The notes under the pieces are model-generated. The model did no database searches, was not told the DNA's origin, and saw only the letters and a list, made by a program, of their open reading frames with translations. From assembly GCA_965112155.1 (NCBI GenBank), contig OZ218103.1: DNA of 64,000 bases; one strand, 5' to 3'. The translations under genes and the position numbers were made by a program. Of this stretch, positions 23,201 to 36,028 are shown piece after piece (the stretch's first letter is position 1; the number at the start of each line of letters is the position of its first letter). Source of the DNA: Podarcis liolepis. Taxonomy: Eukaryota.

Positions 23201-26200
23201 GTAGAACAAGTGAATGTTGCCCACTGGGTAAGCATGGACAAAGCAGCTTTTGGGTGACATAGATCAGAGAAGTAGAACATGACCCACTGGATGTATAGTA
23301 GCCACAGGAAAAGCATTTGAGAACCCTCTGCACTGCATCTTGGCCAGTCATCAGCCAATTGTGTGAACCCATGACCTAGCACCAAGTTCAGTTTTTGACA
23401 CCCACAGCCAATGTTCAAAAGGCAGGTGGTACACCAAAACCTGAATCGTGTGTGTGTTGTGGTAAATCTCCCCAATTGAATGACAGGCTAGAAACTGTCA
23501 TGCACAGGAGTTCTGTTGATGATGTCTAGTGCTTATTGGAACTGGTGGAATGTAAAATTGGGAAGCCAACAGAAGGCTCAGTCATAGTCAACTAATTCTA
23601 CTTTTGTCCCCCTTCTCCTCCTTGTCCTTCCTGCTGAGTTCTATAGGGGCAAAGCTGAGGCTAAAGAAGAGGCAGCTAACAGCTCCGGTCACCCCCTGGA
23701 CTGTAGGGATGCAGGTGAAGAGGGCTGGCTGAGGGCAGTGCCCCATGCCCCCTAGTCAACCAACCTCCAATGATGTCCTGGTAAGAGCTGTTTCCACTCA
23801 CACAAACGACTACACAAGACTACAGTAGAAGCAGAACAGAGAGGCTTTAACCATGAATTCAATGAAAAAGAATAAACAATTTCAAGGAGTGTGAACTGTG
23901 GCAGGTTATTAAAGCAAGAGTTGCTAGGACACAAAAGTTGTTAAGGCTAAAGATCGAGGAGAGAGCTTCTAGGATTCTCCTGTAGTGTTATTTTCGGGGT
24001 TTTTTGTCTAATAACATACAATAAAAGTGGTTTTCCCCAAACCCACCTCTAGCCAGCCCTTTCAGCTATCCATCAGCATTCCTGCCTCAGTAAATGGTTT
24101 GGCTTTTCCAATGCCTATTATGGATTAATTTATCAGAAAGCAAGTTGCGGGTTGATTTCAGAGCACACTGGAATGGGTCTGTAATAAGATCTCTAATGAA
24201 CTTGATCTGGGTGTGTGGATGATGTAATTGGATAGCTTCTTTGTCCTATGAGTACTAAAGTATGGATTGAAGTCGGTCTACAACTCAGCATATTGAAAGG
24301 GTAAGTTGAATTTGCTCACAGTCTATGATTCCCTTTCATGCACTTCCCAAGAAATTAAAAGACCTCTTTGAACATTATTGGTAAAACACTGGTAGTCATA
24401 CAAGGTCCCAGTTAAAAATGAATGTGATAATAACAGCCACAGGTAGGTAAAGGAGGAAAAGTAGGAGTGGTGAGAAGGTTGAAATTGCAAGAAAGGAATG
24501 CAACCTGACTCAGAAAGGACGTGGAGTTTGTCAAAGTCAGTTTCTTCCTGCGTCTTTATGCCAGCTAGAATGGCATATGGCCAGAGATGTTCTCTGCATG
24601 TCTTGCTGCAATTAATCTTTCTGTTCTTTTGATTAATTGCTGGCATATACTGTATCCCTCCCCATTTATGACCTCTGAGCTTTCTCTATCCCCTAGCAGC
24701 GTATACAACTGAGTCTTGACGGCATACACAGAAATACCAAAGCCCATCCACTTTTAGATGGGGTTAATTAATTATAGAAACTTTGATACATCTGTAGCTA
24801 TGTATGGCCTAGTCTACTCTCTCACACAGAAACAAAAGTCTTCTCCTAACCCATCAAATCTCAATTATTTTTTCTGCTTTTTTGAAACAATTATGATTAC
24901 TTGCACTTGTTTTCTTACTCATTAGCCATTGGATACATTGGCTACATTTACAATTCATAGTAAGTCACATGGCCAATAGTTTACCATGAACATTCAGATT
25001 ACTTTAGTCCTCCCTGCTAGCAAGCAGGAGCACAATCCTTGGTTTAATGTTATGTCCAATCCAGGGATTGTGGTTTGTTTTGTGTATCAGGGGTGTTATT
25101 TGATCTTATCCAGAGATGCATACAAAGAATATATTCTAAAACAAAAATAAAATTCTGAACAAAATTCTGAACAAAATAAAATTCTGAACAAAATGTATAA
25201 ACTGCAATTGGTGAGTAAATAGCAAACCTTGGCTTCAAATCATGGTCATGGTTTGTTTGGAACAAAACAAACGACAATCCCTGGTTTGGACAAAACACTA
25301 AACCAAGGTTCGTTGCTCCCACTTGCTTGTTGGGGGAGTGAAATAGGAGTATTCTGTATGTTCGTAACATTGCCACCCACGTTATGAAAACCATGGGCCC
25401 TAGGCATTTTTGGCTTATTTGATAACTCTGTCCCTGCTCAAAATAGACTTGACATCTGTTGTCAGAAAAAAGAAAAAATTAAGAGCAGGACCAAGTACAG
25501 ATGTTCTCAACTATTCTGCAACCTTTCTGCAGAACATCTTAAAGAAGCTCTAAGATCACTTGGGTACCTCTGACTTGACAGCCTCTACAACGAAGGAACA
25601 TTGTGCTTACAGCTATATGTGACTCACAGCTATATGGAGGAATGCTTGTTCATTCAGCAGCAGTGGTTACAGATTATGGTGCAAAGATTGTGGTGGCCTG
25701 TAACGACTACCATAGTTTGTAATGACAATTTTAATAGCTTGTAGTGACTTACTGCTTTGGGGGAGAGGCTTTGTGGCTAAGATGACCTATCTATAGTGTC
25801 ACAATAGCATGAAAGATCCTATTTTGCCTGGACAAGTTAGTTAACAAGAGGAGTACACTCTATAGCATATGCAACTATGTTGTACTGAGTCATTTTAGGT
25901 CTATTAAAACAGTAGAGAGGTTTTCGGGGGTTTCTTGCCAGCTAGACTGTGATGGCAAAGATTAGATAGCAAGCAGTGCACTTACTACCAGCAGCTGCTG
26001 TCACCAGATGAAAACGGGTGATACTTTCCAAGAAATGGCAATGGCTGGCAATGGTTTGATTATATCACACCACCCAGTACATGACTGGCAAGTAGTTTTC
26101 CCAGAGCTGGAATTCAGCAAGGACAGAAAAAGCTTACCCCTACATTAAAACACCAGGAGATAGTTAAGGACCACAGGCAGCCTGATCTATGCTGGGAGGA

Positions 26201-26254
26201 AAAATCCTTTAGAATCACAGCATGAAACTTAGCAACAGATTAAAGTTAAGAAAA

Positions 26255-26260
26255 TTTATT
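26255..26260 (-). terminator. Candidate polyadenylation signal (AATAAA) of TACSTD2
   Basis: tttatt on the plus strand, about 680 nt downstream of the stop codon. Confidence 0.55.
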
Positions 26261-26939
26261 TCAATGAAGATTACATTATAAACACACACACAAACACACA
26301 GACACACACCAGTTCCATGGTAAACGCTGACATTTGTTCACAGAAGGTATTACTATTTTACAAAAGAAATATTTTAGATCAGAGACAAAAAACAATCAGG
26401 TTTAAATGGAAGAAGCGAACCTTTCCAACACTTTTAATAATAGAAAGTCCGTCTCAAATGCACAGACAGAACACACACACCTTAGCAGCATGGGCCAAAG
26501 AGAACAGGGCGGGGGATTGGGGGATAGCTACACATAAACACACCCCAAAAAGATGTAGAAATGCAGTTAAAATAAATTAAACTAACCGTGTAGCTACAGA
26601 ACATTGTTTTCTTAAAAAACTACAGATCTGGAAAAGTTCAGGAGCGGGTACAGTACAGGGATTTTGTCCCTAACACATTGATATTCATCTCAAATTATTA
26701 TTATTATTATCACATAGTACACTATAGTTAAAGGGAAATGCTAACTATATCCCAATCACTTTTCCAATCTGGAATTGTGGACGTTTTACAAAGCTGTTGT
26801 TTTTATCTTTGATTAAACATTAATTTAAAAAAGAAAACCAAGTGCCCTCCCCACCTTCAAAAGACATGGTAGCAATGTTGTCGTCTTCTTTCCATTCTGC
26901 CCATGTCAAAATCTTAGTTCTACAGTCAAATTAAGGCAC

Positions 26940-27866
26940 TTATGCATGTTGTCCTCTTCGCATTTCTCCCATCTCTTTAATCTCAACCTTCTCATACTTG
27001 CCCGTCTTCCGCCTCCTGGTAACCACGAGCACAGTTATCCCAATAACAATGGCCAGGACTACCACCACCACCACTGCAATGATGCCCGCTGTCAGGCGCT
27101 GCATAGAGAACTCTGGTGGTTTGTCATCAACGTAGTATACTAGGATTTCTTCAATATCTAGAGGTTCGTCATTGACATAGAGACCAAACATATTATCGGG
27201 TGGGAAAATGGGTTTACCCTGGATGTCTTTTTCAAAGTAGTAAGCTACATCTGCAATGTCAACATCTCTGTAAGACTTGTCCGAAATGTTCTGCTTTAGG
27301 TCGATATGGATTAATGGCTCCTTGTACTCAACAGCTGTGATGAACTTCGGATGGAGCATATAGCGGTTTTCAATGAGCTGTCGGAAGCTGTTTGCCACTT
27401 CTGATTCAGACAAGGAAGTTTTTCGCTCTTTGTGCTTCATCTCAATGTAGATCCAGCTTGTTCTGACCAGCTCGTTGCACCTCATGTTGAGATCCCCCTT
27501 GTCCGTCCTCCTTACCCCAGCGCTGTTCACACACCAACAAGTATCTGTCTGATTGCACTGCCTGGCTTTGAAGAAGCCCATGGCATCACATTCTGGGTTA
27601 TAAAGTCCATCGTTGTCCACAAACCCATGCTCGGGCCTGGGAAAACTTCTGCCTCTTTTGGTTTTTATTTCCGCCTTCAGCAGCAGACATTTTGGAGTCA
27701 GCGTTGAACAGTCCAGCCTCTGGTTCGAACCGCGTGCCGTACAGATGCAGCTGCCGGATTCCAAACTGCAAGACGCCAGGTTATTCGTTGAGCAAAAGCA
27801 GTCGTTCTGGGCGGCCGACGTGGCCACAAGCATCAACACCAGGGCAGCCCCAAAAGCAGACTCCAT
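26940..27866 (-). CDS. TACSTD2: Tumor-associated calcium signal transducer 2 (TROP2), intronless, 308 aa
   Basis: First ATG at 27866 (MESAFGAALVLMLVATSAA signal peptide); the ORF track start at 27926 is a TTG. It has a 6-Cys N-terminal domain, a thyroglobulin type-1 domain (QC..CWCV), a TM helix and tail GKYEKVEIKEMGE. Lack of introns and the position between OMA1 and MYSM1 distinguish it from EPCAM. Confidence 0.95.
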   Translation of the reverse strand: MESAFGAALVLMLVATSAAQNDCFCSTNNLASCSLESGSCICTARGSNQRLDCSTLTPKCLLLKAEIKTKRGRSFPRPEHGFVDNDGLYNPECDAMGFFKARQCNQTDTCWCVNSAGVRRTDKGDLNMRCNELVRTSWIYIEMKHKERKTSLSESEVANSFRQLIENRYMLHPKFITAVEYKEPLIHIDLKQNISDKSYRDVDIADVAYYFEKDIQGKPIFPPDNMFGLYVNDEPLDIEEILVYYVDDKPPEFSMQRLTAGIIAVVVVVVLAIVIGITVLVVTRRRKTGKYEKVEIKEMGEMRRGQHA

Positions 27867-29111
27867 TGAGGATGAGCAAAAGAGGTCTTTAGGGAGAGAC
27901 AGGGCAGCACAGCAGCCTGAAGACAAGACACATCCACAACAAGAGCCTCCCGGTTTCTGAGTGATAGGGCGGGACAGCTGCCTCTCTTTCTACCATCGGA
28001 CCTGCCCAACCAGTCTGGCTGGTGACGCTCAAACAAAGCAGGTGTGTGGTGACACAGAAAACCCACAGACCAAGAGAGCTGCGCCTTCTTCAGTAGGGAG
28101 TGGCAGCAACTCTCTGCCTTCTCATACTTCCCTCCCCTCGGCCTCGCCTCCTGGTAATCACAAGTGAGGTAATTCCAGCAATAATGGCCAAGACTTCCAC
28201 CACCACCACCTGCTTTTCTTTCCTCCCACTGAAGGAGGAAGCACATCATGCCAGAAACACAGAAACCAATACTACATTAAGCTCTTGCAAATAGAAACGT
28301 GCCTACCCCATGGGCCAAACTATGCATAAGTGCTGGGTTAGAGGCTACTGTGAGGCCAAGCCCAGTCAGCCTCCGTTCTGTTCAGCCCAGGAGGCCTACT
28401 AAACAGGGAAGACAAACAGTAGCTCCAGTGGTCAGTACTCATAGTAGACAGGAGGTAAAGTGAAAGAGATCACAGCCTCCAGAACACCCTCTTTTCTTTT
28501 CTTTTTTTTTTAGAATCCTCATTATGTGTCAAGTGATTCAAGATGTGTCAAGATGTAATGCTGAGCCATTTCCATGGATAATCCACCAGACTATGGTAAG
28601 AAAGACAGAGGGGGTGAGCAAACAATAGGACAGTTCTGGAAGCAGTGTTATACCTAAAATTTTTGGAATGCCCAAAGCAGCCAATCCCAACCTGGTCCTC
28701 TGTAGATTTTGTTGGGATGACAACTCCCATCACCAGCTACGGTAACTGCCTTCCTCTAATGTGGGTTTCACTGCCTTCTATCACTTTTTAAAAGTGTATA
28801 CCTAATAAAATTCAATCATACAGTACACCAAAAGTGTGGATTGGAGTAGTTATGACTGGCCATAGCTCCCTATTTAAGTGTGCCCTGTGAGTGTCATATT
28901 GGGCTTTCCCTGTGTGTAATGTGTGAAGTGGCCATCATTTCACAATCAACTCTTAGGAAATGCTGTTCTCCATACCACTGATGTCTGTTGCTTTGACCCT
29001 CATGGAGAGGCCCTGTCCAGTCCTGAAATTACATCAGGAGAGCGGGATTAAGATTGAAAACAGCAGCACAAATAACTCTATATCAGCGAGGGGCATTCAG
29101 CCTTTGTTGAC

Positions 29112-29236
29112 CAGGGTGCTCGCCAAGTGTTTTGGCCTACAACTCCCATCATCTCTGGGCAGCATGGCTGTAGTCACTGGGGCTAATGGGAGTTGTAGTT
29201 TCAACGCCTGGAGGGCACCATATTGGTACAGGCTGT
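29112..29236. mobile_element. Palindromic MITE remnant (related to 34626)
   Basis: ctacaactcccat...atgggagttgtag inverted repeat. Confidence 0.65.
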
Positions 29237-31829
29237 TTTAACACAATAACATCCATTACAGTTTCTTCTTCTATTAGGTTTCAGGATTCTTTACCATTGT
29301 CCTCTGCTATGACCATCCAAACCTGCCCTCTGTACACATAAAACACATTACTCCAGGGACCCATAGGTCCATTTTTGTGTCAAACCACGAGGGCATGCGG
29401 CTTAAGCTAGTCTTTCCTGTAGGGTTCTTGTTGTCCAATACAATCTTCAAAATTGGTGTTATTGCACATCCTTGATGGGTTGGCTTTTCATCTCATTTTA
29501 AAACAAAACATGTTTCTGCTCCTTGTGGATGGTCACTGCATAACCTGCTCCTTTTGAAATGTTCGAAGCTTAGCCAATAAAAGACACAGTAACTTTCACT
29601 TGAGCTTTGCAAAGTTAAAAATACAATGATTAATATCATCAGGGAAGTTTCAGGAGGCATTTTGCAATCAAAACTCTGAGTAATTATTTCATAGGTGGCA
29701 TTCTAGCAGACAGAGAGGCTAAGATCCCTACAGCAGGCATGTCTGGTTAAATAGTCATCCTCCCCCCCAAAGGAACCATGGAGACAGCAGCTTGGGTGGG
29801 GGCTACAGATCTCAAAGTGGTCAAAAAACACAATGAAAACTGCCACCCTTTGACTGCTGGGATCTCAAATGTGGGGCATGATTCAAAGAGCTGCATATGG
29901 ACCTCCAGACATGCACTTTGGTTTTAAGCAGTTCCCTCCCATTCAGTTCTTCAGGGTCCTCCCAAACTGCTCCACACAAAGTTGGAGAAGCTCCTGCCTT
30001 TGGATTGGTCCCTACTGAACTTCCAACAGGGCTGGCTAGTCAAGGTTCCCACTTGCTCAGAGAAGCCCTGTCTGCATGTATTTGTATACACATATGCCCC
30101 CTTTTAAGCCTAATGCAAAATTCACAGCCCATATGTTAGGGGTGGGGAACTAGATCAGCTGACAGGCAATTATGTTCCTTGCTCCCCTGCAGGCCAAAGT
30201 TGACATGGCGAGATGACAAGGTGATAACTATAGGCTGTATACACACTAACCCGTTTATGGCGGAAAAATGTAGGTTTTTCTCAGTCGAGAATTACTCATG
30301 CTTATCCTCAACATGCTGTTTTCCACTTAGATTAAGTCCAAATTATTCTAGATCTTACCTCCCACAAGGATGGGCATGCTTACTTGATAAGCATCTCAAA
30401 CCCTCCCCTTGGTTGGGCTATTCATGCCTTTTCCTCCATGCACATGCCCCAGATGACTGAAGAAGGAAGTGGCGATTGGCATCCTGGCATACGCCCACCC
30501 ACAATGCCATTGGGCAGGTGTAGACGTGGGCACACACACCCCATTGCCAGGACTGCTGATGTCTGTTTTCACCTCTTTTCAAATGGACAAACTGCAGAAC
30601 CAACCTGGAATGAGCTTTTATTTTTATTTTTTTGAAAGAAACCAGTTTCTCAGGAAGCCCCTTTCTAGGGTGCAGAAATATGCAGTAGATCTAGACTGTG
30701 TGTGGACTACATAGGGAAAAAAGTACCCAGGCTCCATTGATTCTAGAATAAAATAGTGCATGTACACCAAATTAAACACACACATGCACTCTTTAAGGCT
30801 GCAATGCCACTTATTTGGGAATGAAACCCACTGAACTCAATGGGATTCTGATTTCTAAGGGGTTTTTGCACTGTAAGAAAACCTGTCTTCCGCTTACCAC
30901 TGTCACAACAACTCACCCAAGACCAAGTTTACACAACCACTGCAGAGGTGGTGGATGTGTGCTAAAGGCTGCTCTAACATGCTTTCTGTTGTGCACTGAG
31001 AAATCGCTAACAAAAGACTCTGCTCTTTCTTTTTTAAAGGCTCGGGGTAAAATACATATCCAGTTAATTCATAGAACTGACTCTGGCATATATTGGTTTG
31101 GGACGAAATATATCCAAAACCAGCTCTTGACTATCCTTCCATTTATCTTCCCCAGCTGTGTGCTCTCCAGAAATTTGGCCCACAATTCTCATCAACCCCA
31201 GTGAATATGCCCTCCAAAATGTATGGAGGGCACCAGCTGCCCTACTCATAGTTGCTGGAGCCACTGAAATCTTTCCGCAGGAGACGGCTCTTTCTATTAT
31301 CCGTCTGGGTGTGTTTTTACATCACAGATACCAACATTCTCTGGAGAGTAGGTAGAAAATAGGGGTGGGGCCAGGAAATGCTAGGGGAATACCAGGCAAA
31401 GTCATTGGGGTTCTTCTGCTGATGAAAGGTGTCTAGGGAGTGACAGTAAAAAAAGAGGAGTAACCGGAAACAGCAGCCAGAGAGCTGAGAAGTAGGACAA
31501 CAGGATCATTTCATACTTCATCAGAGATTTATTGCCATCAAAATGAGCCCCTGGACACAGGCCTGGTGTACTCACATAGCAGGATAAAGTGACAAACTGC
31601 TAAGGTGGCAGAACTGACTGCACCACTGCAAGCAAAAGGTCCTCTGTCTTCTTTAAAATAAAATAAAAAAGCCCTCCCTGCAAACAGAAACCTAGCACGT
31701 CATGGAGGAAAATTCGACCACAGTGCTGGTTTTCTATTTTGCACGGCACCCCCATCCACCAAGCATATATCCCACTGGATATATAGGAGGAATATGAGGA
31801 GGTACTTGTCTATTCTGCCACTTTGGCAC

Positions 31830-32055
31830 TATAGCATAGTAATTAAATGACTGACTGCCATCAGGAAGTCCCCGGTTTGAGGAAGTCAATAGGTGGCCTT
31901 TAGAAGGCCACTCACTTCGTCATCAGCAGTTCCCTCACCTGTAGTATGGGGAAATAATTATAATGACTTACTTTTCAAGTTTGTTTCACCGATTGCAGGT
32001 TCATAATGCTTATGAAGTACCTTGAAAGCATTATGCAAATGTTGAGTATTATTAT
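31830..32055 (+). mobile_element. Ancient CORE-SINE (MIR-like)
   Basis: Decayed tRNA-like head, then cagttccctcacctgtagtatggggaaataat (CORE) and a TATTATTAT tail. Confidence 0.55.
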
Positions 32056-32694
32056 TTCTGAAGTACATATGGAGGCAAACAAGCCAAAGTCTAGAATATA
32101 CCAACAGTACATCGCCAGCAGAAGAAAACAGATGGAAAAGGGTGGAGAGATCAGTCTTATTTCTTCCACAAATTTACCATGCAAAACACCAAGTGCTCTC
32201 AATGTCCAGGGCCTGTTAACATCTACTCCGGGGAGTTTTACACCCTTCAGAAGCCCGCTGTGATCTGTTTATAAGGCATTCAGGGTAAAGTTACTCACCT
32301 TCATAGCAATCCTGATGCCACATTTACATCTTCAGTGAGATGTCCAGTGCAAGGTCTACAGAACCATCGTGGGACCAGTTTCAGCTGCTGGGGTCAGATG
32401 ACATGACGGAGCAAACAACATGTTCCCTTGATTCTTGCCCCTCTTAGTTTATCAAATCTTCCCAAGGGGGGTGGCCAGGGGGATCTAGGGGGTGGTCAAT
32501 GCAATTTTGCAGGAGATAGTAGCCCTGGTCATCTTGAAACCCAGGTACTCCTGAAAAAGCACTGCCTGGACCTCTTGGTTTCTGAGAAGAACTGCCTGAT
32601 CATAAATACCGATACTGGAGGAAAGCTGATTGAGAGGGCTATGGTGCAACAATGGCAAATGGTGTTTCATCTAAGAGTAGCTTGGCCCGCTCTA

Positions 32695-32845
32695 ATTTGG
32701 GTTCAGGCCTGACTGTGGAACTGAATCAGCCCTGGCCGGATGGTTGGCCTTTATTGGAAGAAAGTGAGGGTGAGTGTCGCACTGTTATTCTTACTCAGTA
32801 TCTTAGTGATATTTGATGCCATTGCTCCTGGTATCCTTATGAGCC
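32695..32845 (+). mobile_element. Decayed L2-like reverse transcriptase fragment
   Basis: Reads GFRPDCGTESAL ... LFLLSILVIFDAIAPGIL, resembling the LINE RT motifs GFRP..STETAL and LLDLSAAFDTIDH.IL. Confidence 0.5.
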
Positions 32846-34625
32846 AGCTAAGGGCTAGTCCACACTTCTACTTGTCCTGTTCCTAGAAAGCACAGGTCCA
32901 AGCGGTTTTCTGCTTGACCTGCACTTTCTAGACACAAATCCAAGTGATTTTGTCTTTGCCCCACCACTTCCCCCTGGGAAACTCACTCTTTAGTGCTAAA
33001 TTGGATCAAACAGCAATCCACAGAAAATCTGATTGCTGTTTATTCCGATTCTGCGCTAAAGATCAGGTTCCCCCAGGCAAAAGCAATGGGGCAAACAGAG
33101 GCGTCGATAAGCCCTAGTGAGATGGGTATAGGAGGCAGTTTTACAGTGGTTCTGATCCTATCACCAGGATCAGAGAATAGCACTGTCTGTCTGTCTTTTG
33201 GCACCATCTTTACAGCGCCTGCTGGAGATCTTCTTTCAACAAGCCTTTAAGTGGAGATATGTATGCCAGCTTGCATCTGCATTCAAACTATTTTTAAGCA
33301 CTTTATATATAAAATTAAATGTTTGGGTTGCTAGTCCTACTCAGAGTAGGCCTATTAAAATTCATGAATCTAAGACAGCCACGTTCATTAACTTCAATGA
33401 GTCTCCAAAGACCAGCATTGGAAACAAACCTTCCTTCCTTTTTATATGTGGAACTGTTTTTAATAGCTTTTACACTTTTTTGTGGTTTGTCACTGTTTTG
33501 TTTTATAATTGTGTATTTTATTGTTGTAACCCTTCCTGGGCCTTTGTGGTACAGAGTGGATAAGAATTCATATAAATAAGTAAAGTATTTGCAACAATAT
33601 CACACTGTTCTTTCTATGGGGTTTCCCCAGGGTGTGCTCTTAACTGAATCCACACATGGCAGGGCTCACTGTAAACGCTTTCCAAATTGTTTTAACCATG
33701 CAGCTTGTCAGTATGTGTGCAATTTATCTTATTCTGGCTTAACAAGTCCAGATCCATATATCTACTTTTACAAGAGTGGGTGAAGTCGAGAAGTGAATGA
33801 GATGGCTTGGTCTCCATTCTGCTTCCTTTTTACAAGTCACTCAGCAACTAGTGAGAACCATAATTAATTGGAAGATGCAATTGGCTTGGTAAATACATCT
33901 CATTCTACATGAATCCTGGATAATACTATACTTTGGACTCAATCCAATCCTGAACTATGATTAGGCAAGCCTAATTCGTTTTTACAAACTCTCCTATGAA
34001 AGAATAATCCATGGAAGACACTACCATTTAAGAGCCCATTATAATACAGAGGACTTGCTGATGGGTGTTTACTACAGGCTTGGCACATCCATACATCATC
34101 TGAATCAAAATGCCAACTCGTATTTTCTCAAATATCAAGCTTCTGCCTGGAAACAACCACAGTGGTCAAGAACATGCGGCTCAGTGGTGCAAATCTCACC
34201 TAGGACACACTAAGGGTGGAGTTTAATCAGAGCAGATGCATAGAATTCATTGAACAGCATAAGTTAGGTTCATTAATTCTAAGCAACACTTAAGTGAAAG
34301 ATCACCCTAAGTATTAAAAAACTTGACATACCTGGGTCTTGCTTTAGCCCTTAAAAAGAACTGGTAGGATTTTGCCCTACAAACAACACCATTTTATCTC
34401 CAGAAAGCTCCTTTTCAAAATAAATTTCTGCTAAAAAACATAGAGACTTTTCTCACTTACATTATCTGATGGAGAACACAAAGCTAAGGGACAACACATC
34501 AGGATTATTTCTAATAGATGAATCCCATCCATCAGAAGGCTTTGCCACTGAGTTCTGTGGGATTTCCTCCTAGGTAACTGTGCACTGGCTTGCAGCCTAA
34601 ATAACTCTGAAGCATTGGTCCAGTA

Positions 34626-34761
34626 CAGGCACCCCCAGAATGCAACCTTCCAGATGTTTTGGCCTACAACTCCCATGATCCCTAGCTAACAGGACCAGAG
34701 GTCAGGGATGATGGGAATTGTAGTCCAAAACATCTGGAGGGCCAAAGGTTGGGAATATCTG
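34626..34761. mobile_element. Palindromic hAT-type MITE
   Basis: Hairpin arms ccagatgttttggcctacaactcccat / atgggaattgtagtccaaaacatctgg; perfect 8-bp TSD gtccagta. Confidence 0.85.
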
Positions 34762-35704
34762 GTCCAGTAGCTGGGTATGAACTGCTAATCACCCTTAAAC
34801 TCTGTATCCTTGACTTTTCCACCTTTCTTTAATGCTATTTTGAAACCCAAGACAGTTCCTGTCCCAGACTATTGGCGTAACAAGCTCTGGGTGCATGCGT
34901 GAGTGGCATACCATGCCACACGTTAGCATCAAGCTGCTGGAAAACGCAAGGGCTGGCATGGGGAAGAACCTTCACACAGAAGGTCTCTTGGCCTTTTTGT
35001 GCTGCCATGTTAAGTGCAGGATGAAGCTGCAGTGCTGTGGCTTCCAGCCTGGAAGAGGAACAGAAGAACTCATCTCACTAGTCACCACCACCCCACAAAC
35101 ACACCTATTTAGATTTAATGCAACCAGCTACCACTCCTCACTATGCCTACTACCCAGGATTTGAGTAAATGTTACTACACATCTGATCATTTGCTTGTTG
35201 TTACTGAACTTCTGATCTACTATTCAGCTGAATGTCCCAAAAGCGACAGTCACTGAACCACTTTTCTTGCCTCCCATCTTCCTGCGTCTCACCTCCATTA
35301 GGTCAGAGGCTTATAAAGTGAGTCAGGGCGGTTTGGATGACTTCCTGCTTATTACACGCCTTATCTTTTCCGGCCTCTTTATCTTTTGACACACTGATGC
35401 CAAGCTTATGTAAGCCTTTTATTACTGAGTTAAGAGACTAGTGCTGTGAATTTTGACCAGCTTAATTACTGTGAGTGAGCAAGCCTATTACTGGGCAACT
35501 GAGTGAACAAAAAACAAAAACACCTATGTCCCCTGATGGCTGGGAATCTCTCCCCAGTCTTTGGATGGCGACCTCCTTCTAAGGGGAGGGTCAGCGAAAC
35601 AGTTTGAAGCTCATTTTGCAGCCTGAATTTTAGTTAGAACCTAACAGAACTCGGGTGCAGCCTTGAATTTGCTGAGGTCCAAATTTTCTGTTTTGTAGAT
35701 ACAG

Positions 35705-36028
35705 CTGTGGAATGCCCTCCCATCAGATGTCAAACAGATAAACAACTACAGTGGTACCTTGGGTTACAGATGCTTCAGGTTACAGACTCTGCTAACCCAG
35801 AAATAGTACCTCGGGTTAAGAACTTTGCTTCAGGGTGAGAACAAAAATCGTGCGGTGGCGGCGCGGCGGCAGGCTCCATTAGCTAAAGTGGTACCTCAGG
35901 TTAAGAACAGTTTCAGGTTAAGAACGGACCTCTAGAACAAATTAAGTTCTTAACCCGAGGTACCACTGTATTTGACTTTTAGAAGACATCTAAAGGCAGT
36001 CCTGTTCAGGGAAGTGTTTAATGGTTGA
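35705..36028 (+). mobile_element. L2-like LINE ORF2 C-terminal fragment interrupted by a MITE
   Basis: Removing the MITE and one TA restores LWNALPSDVKQINNYLTFRRHLKAVLFREVFNG*. Confidence 0.75.
35749..35968. mobile_element. Tc1/mariner (Tigger-like) MITE nested in a LINE fragment
   Basis: Same TIRs (one mismatch) and TA duplication. Confidence 0.88.

Noticed and set aside
27867-27926. 20-aa N-terminal extension of TACSTD2 in the ORF track
   Set aside because: It begins at TTG; the ATG at 27866 directly precedes a normal signal peptide.
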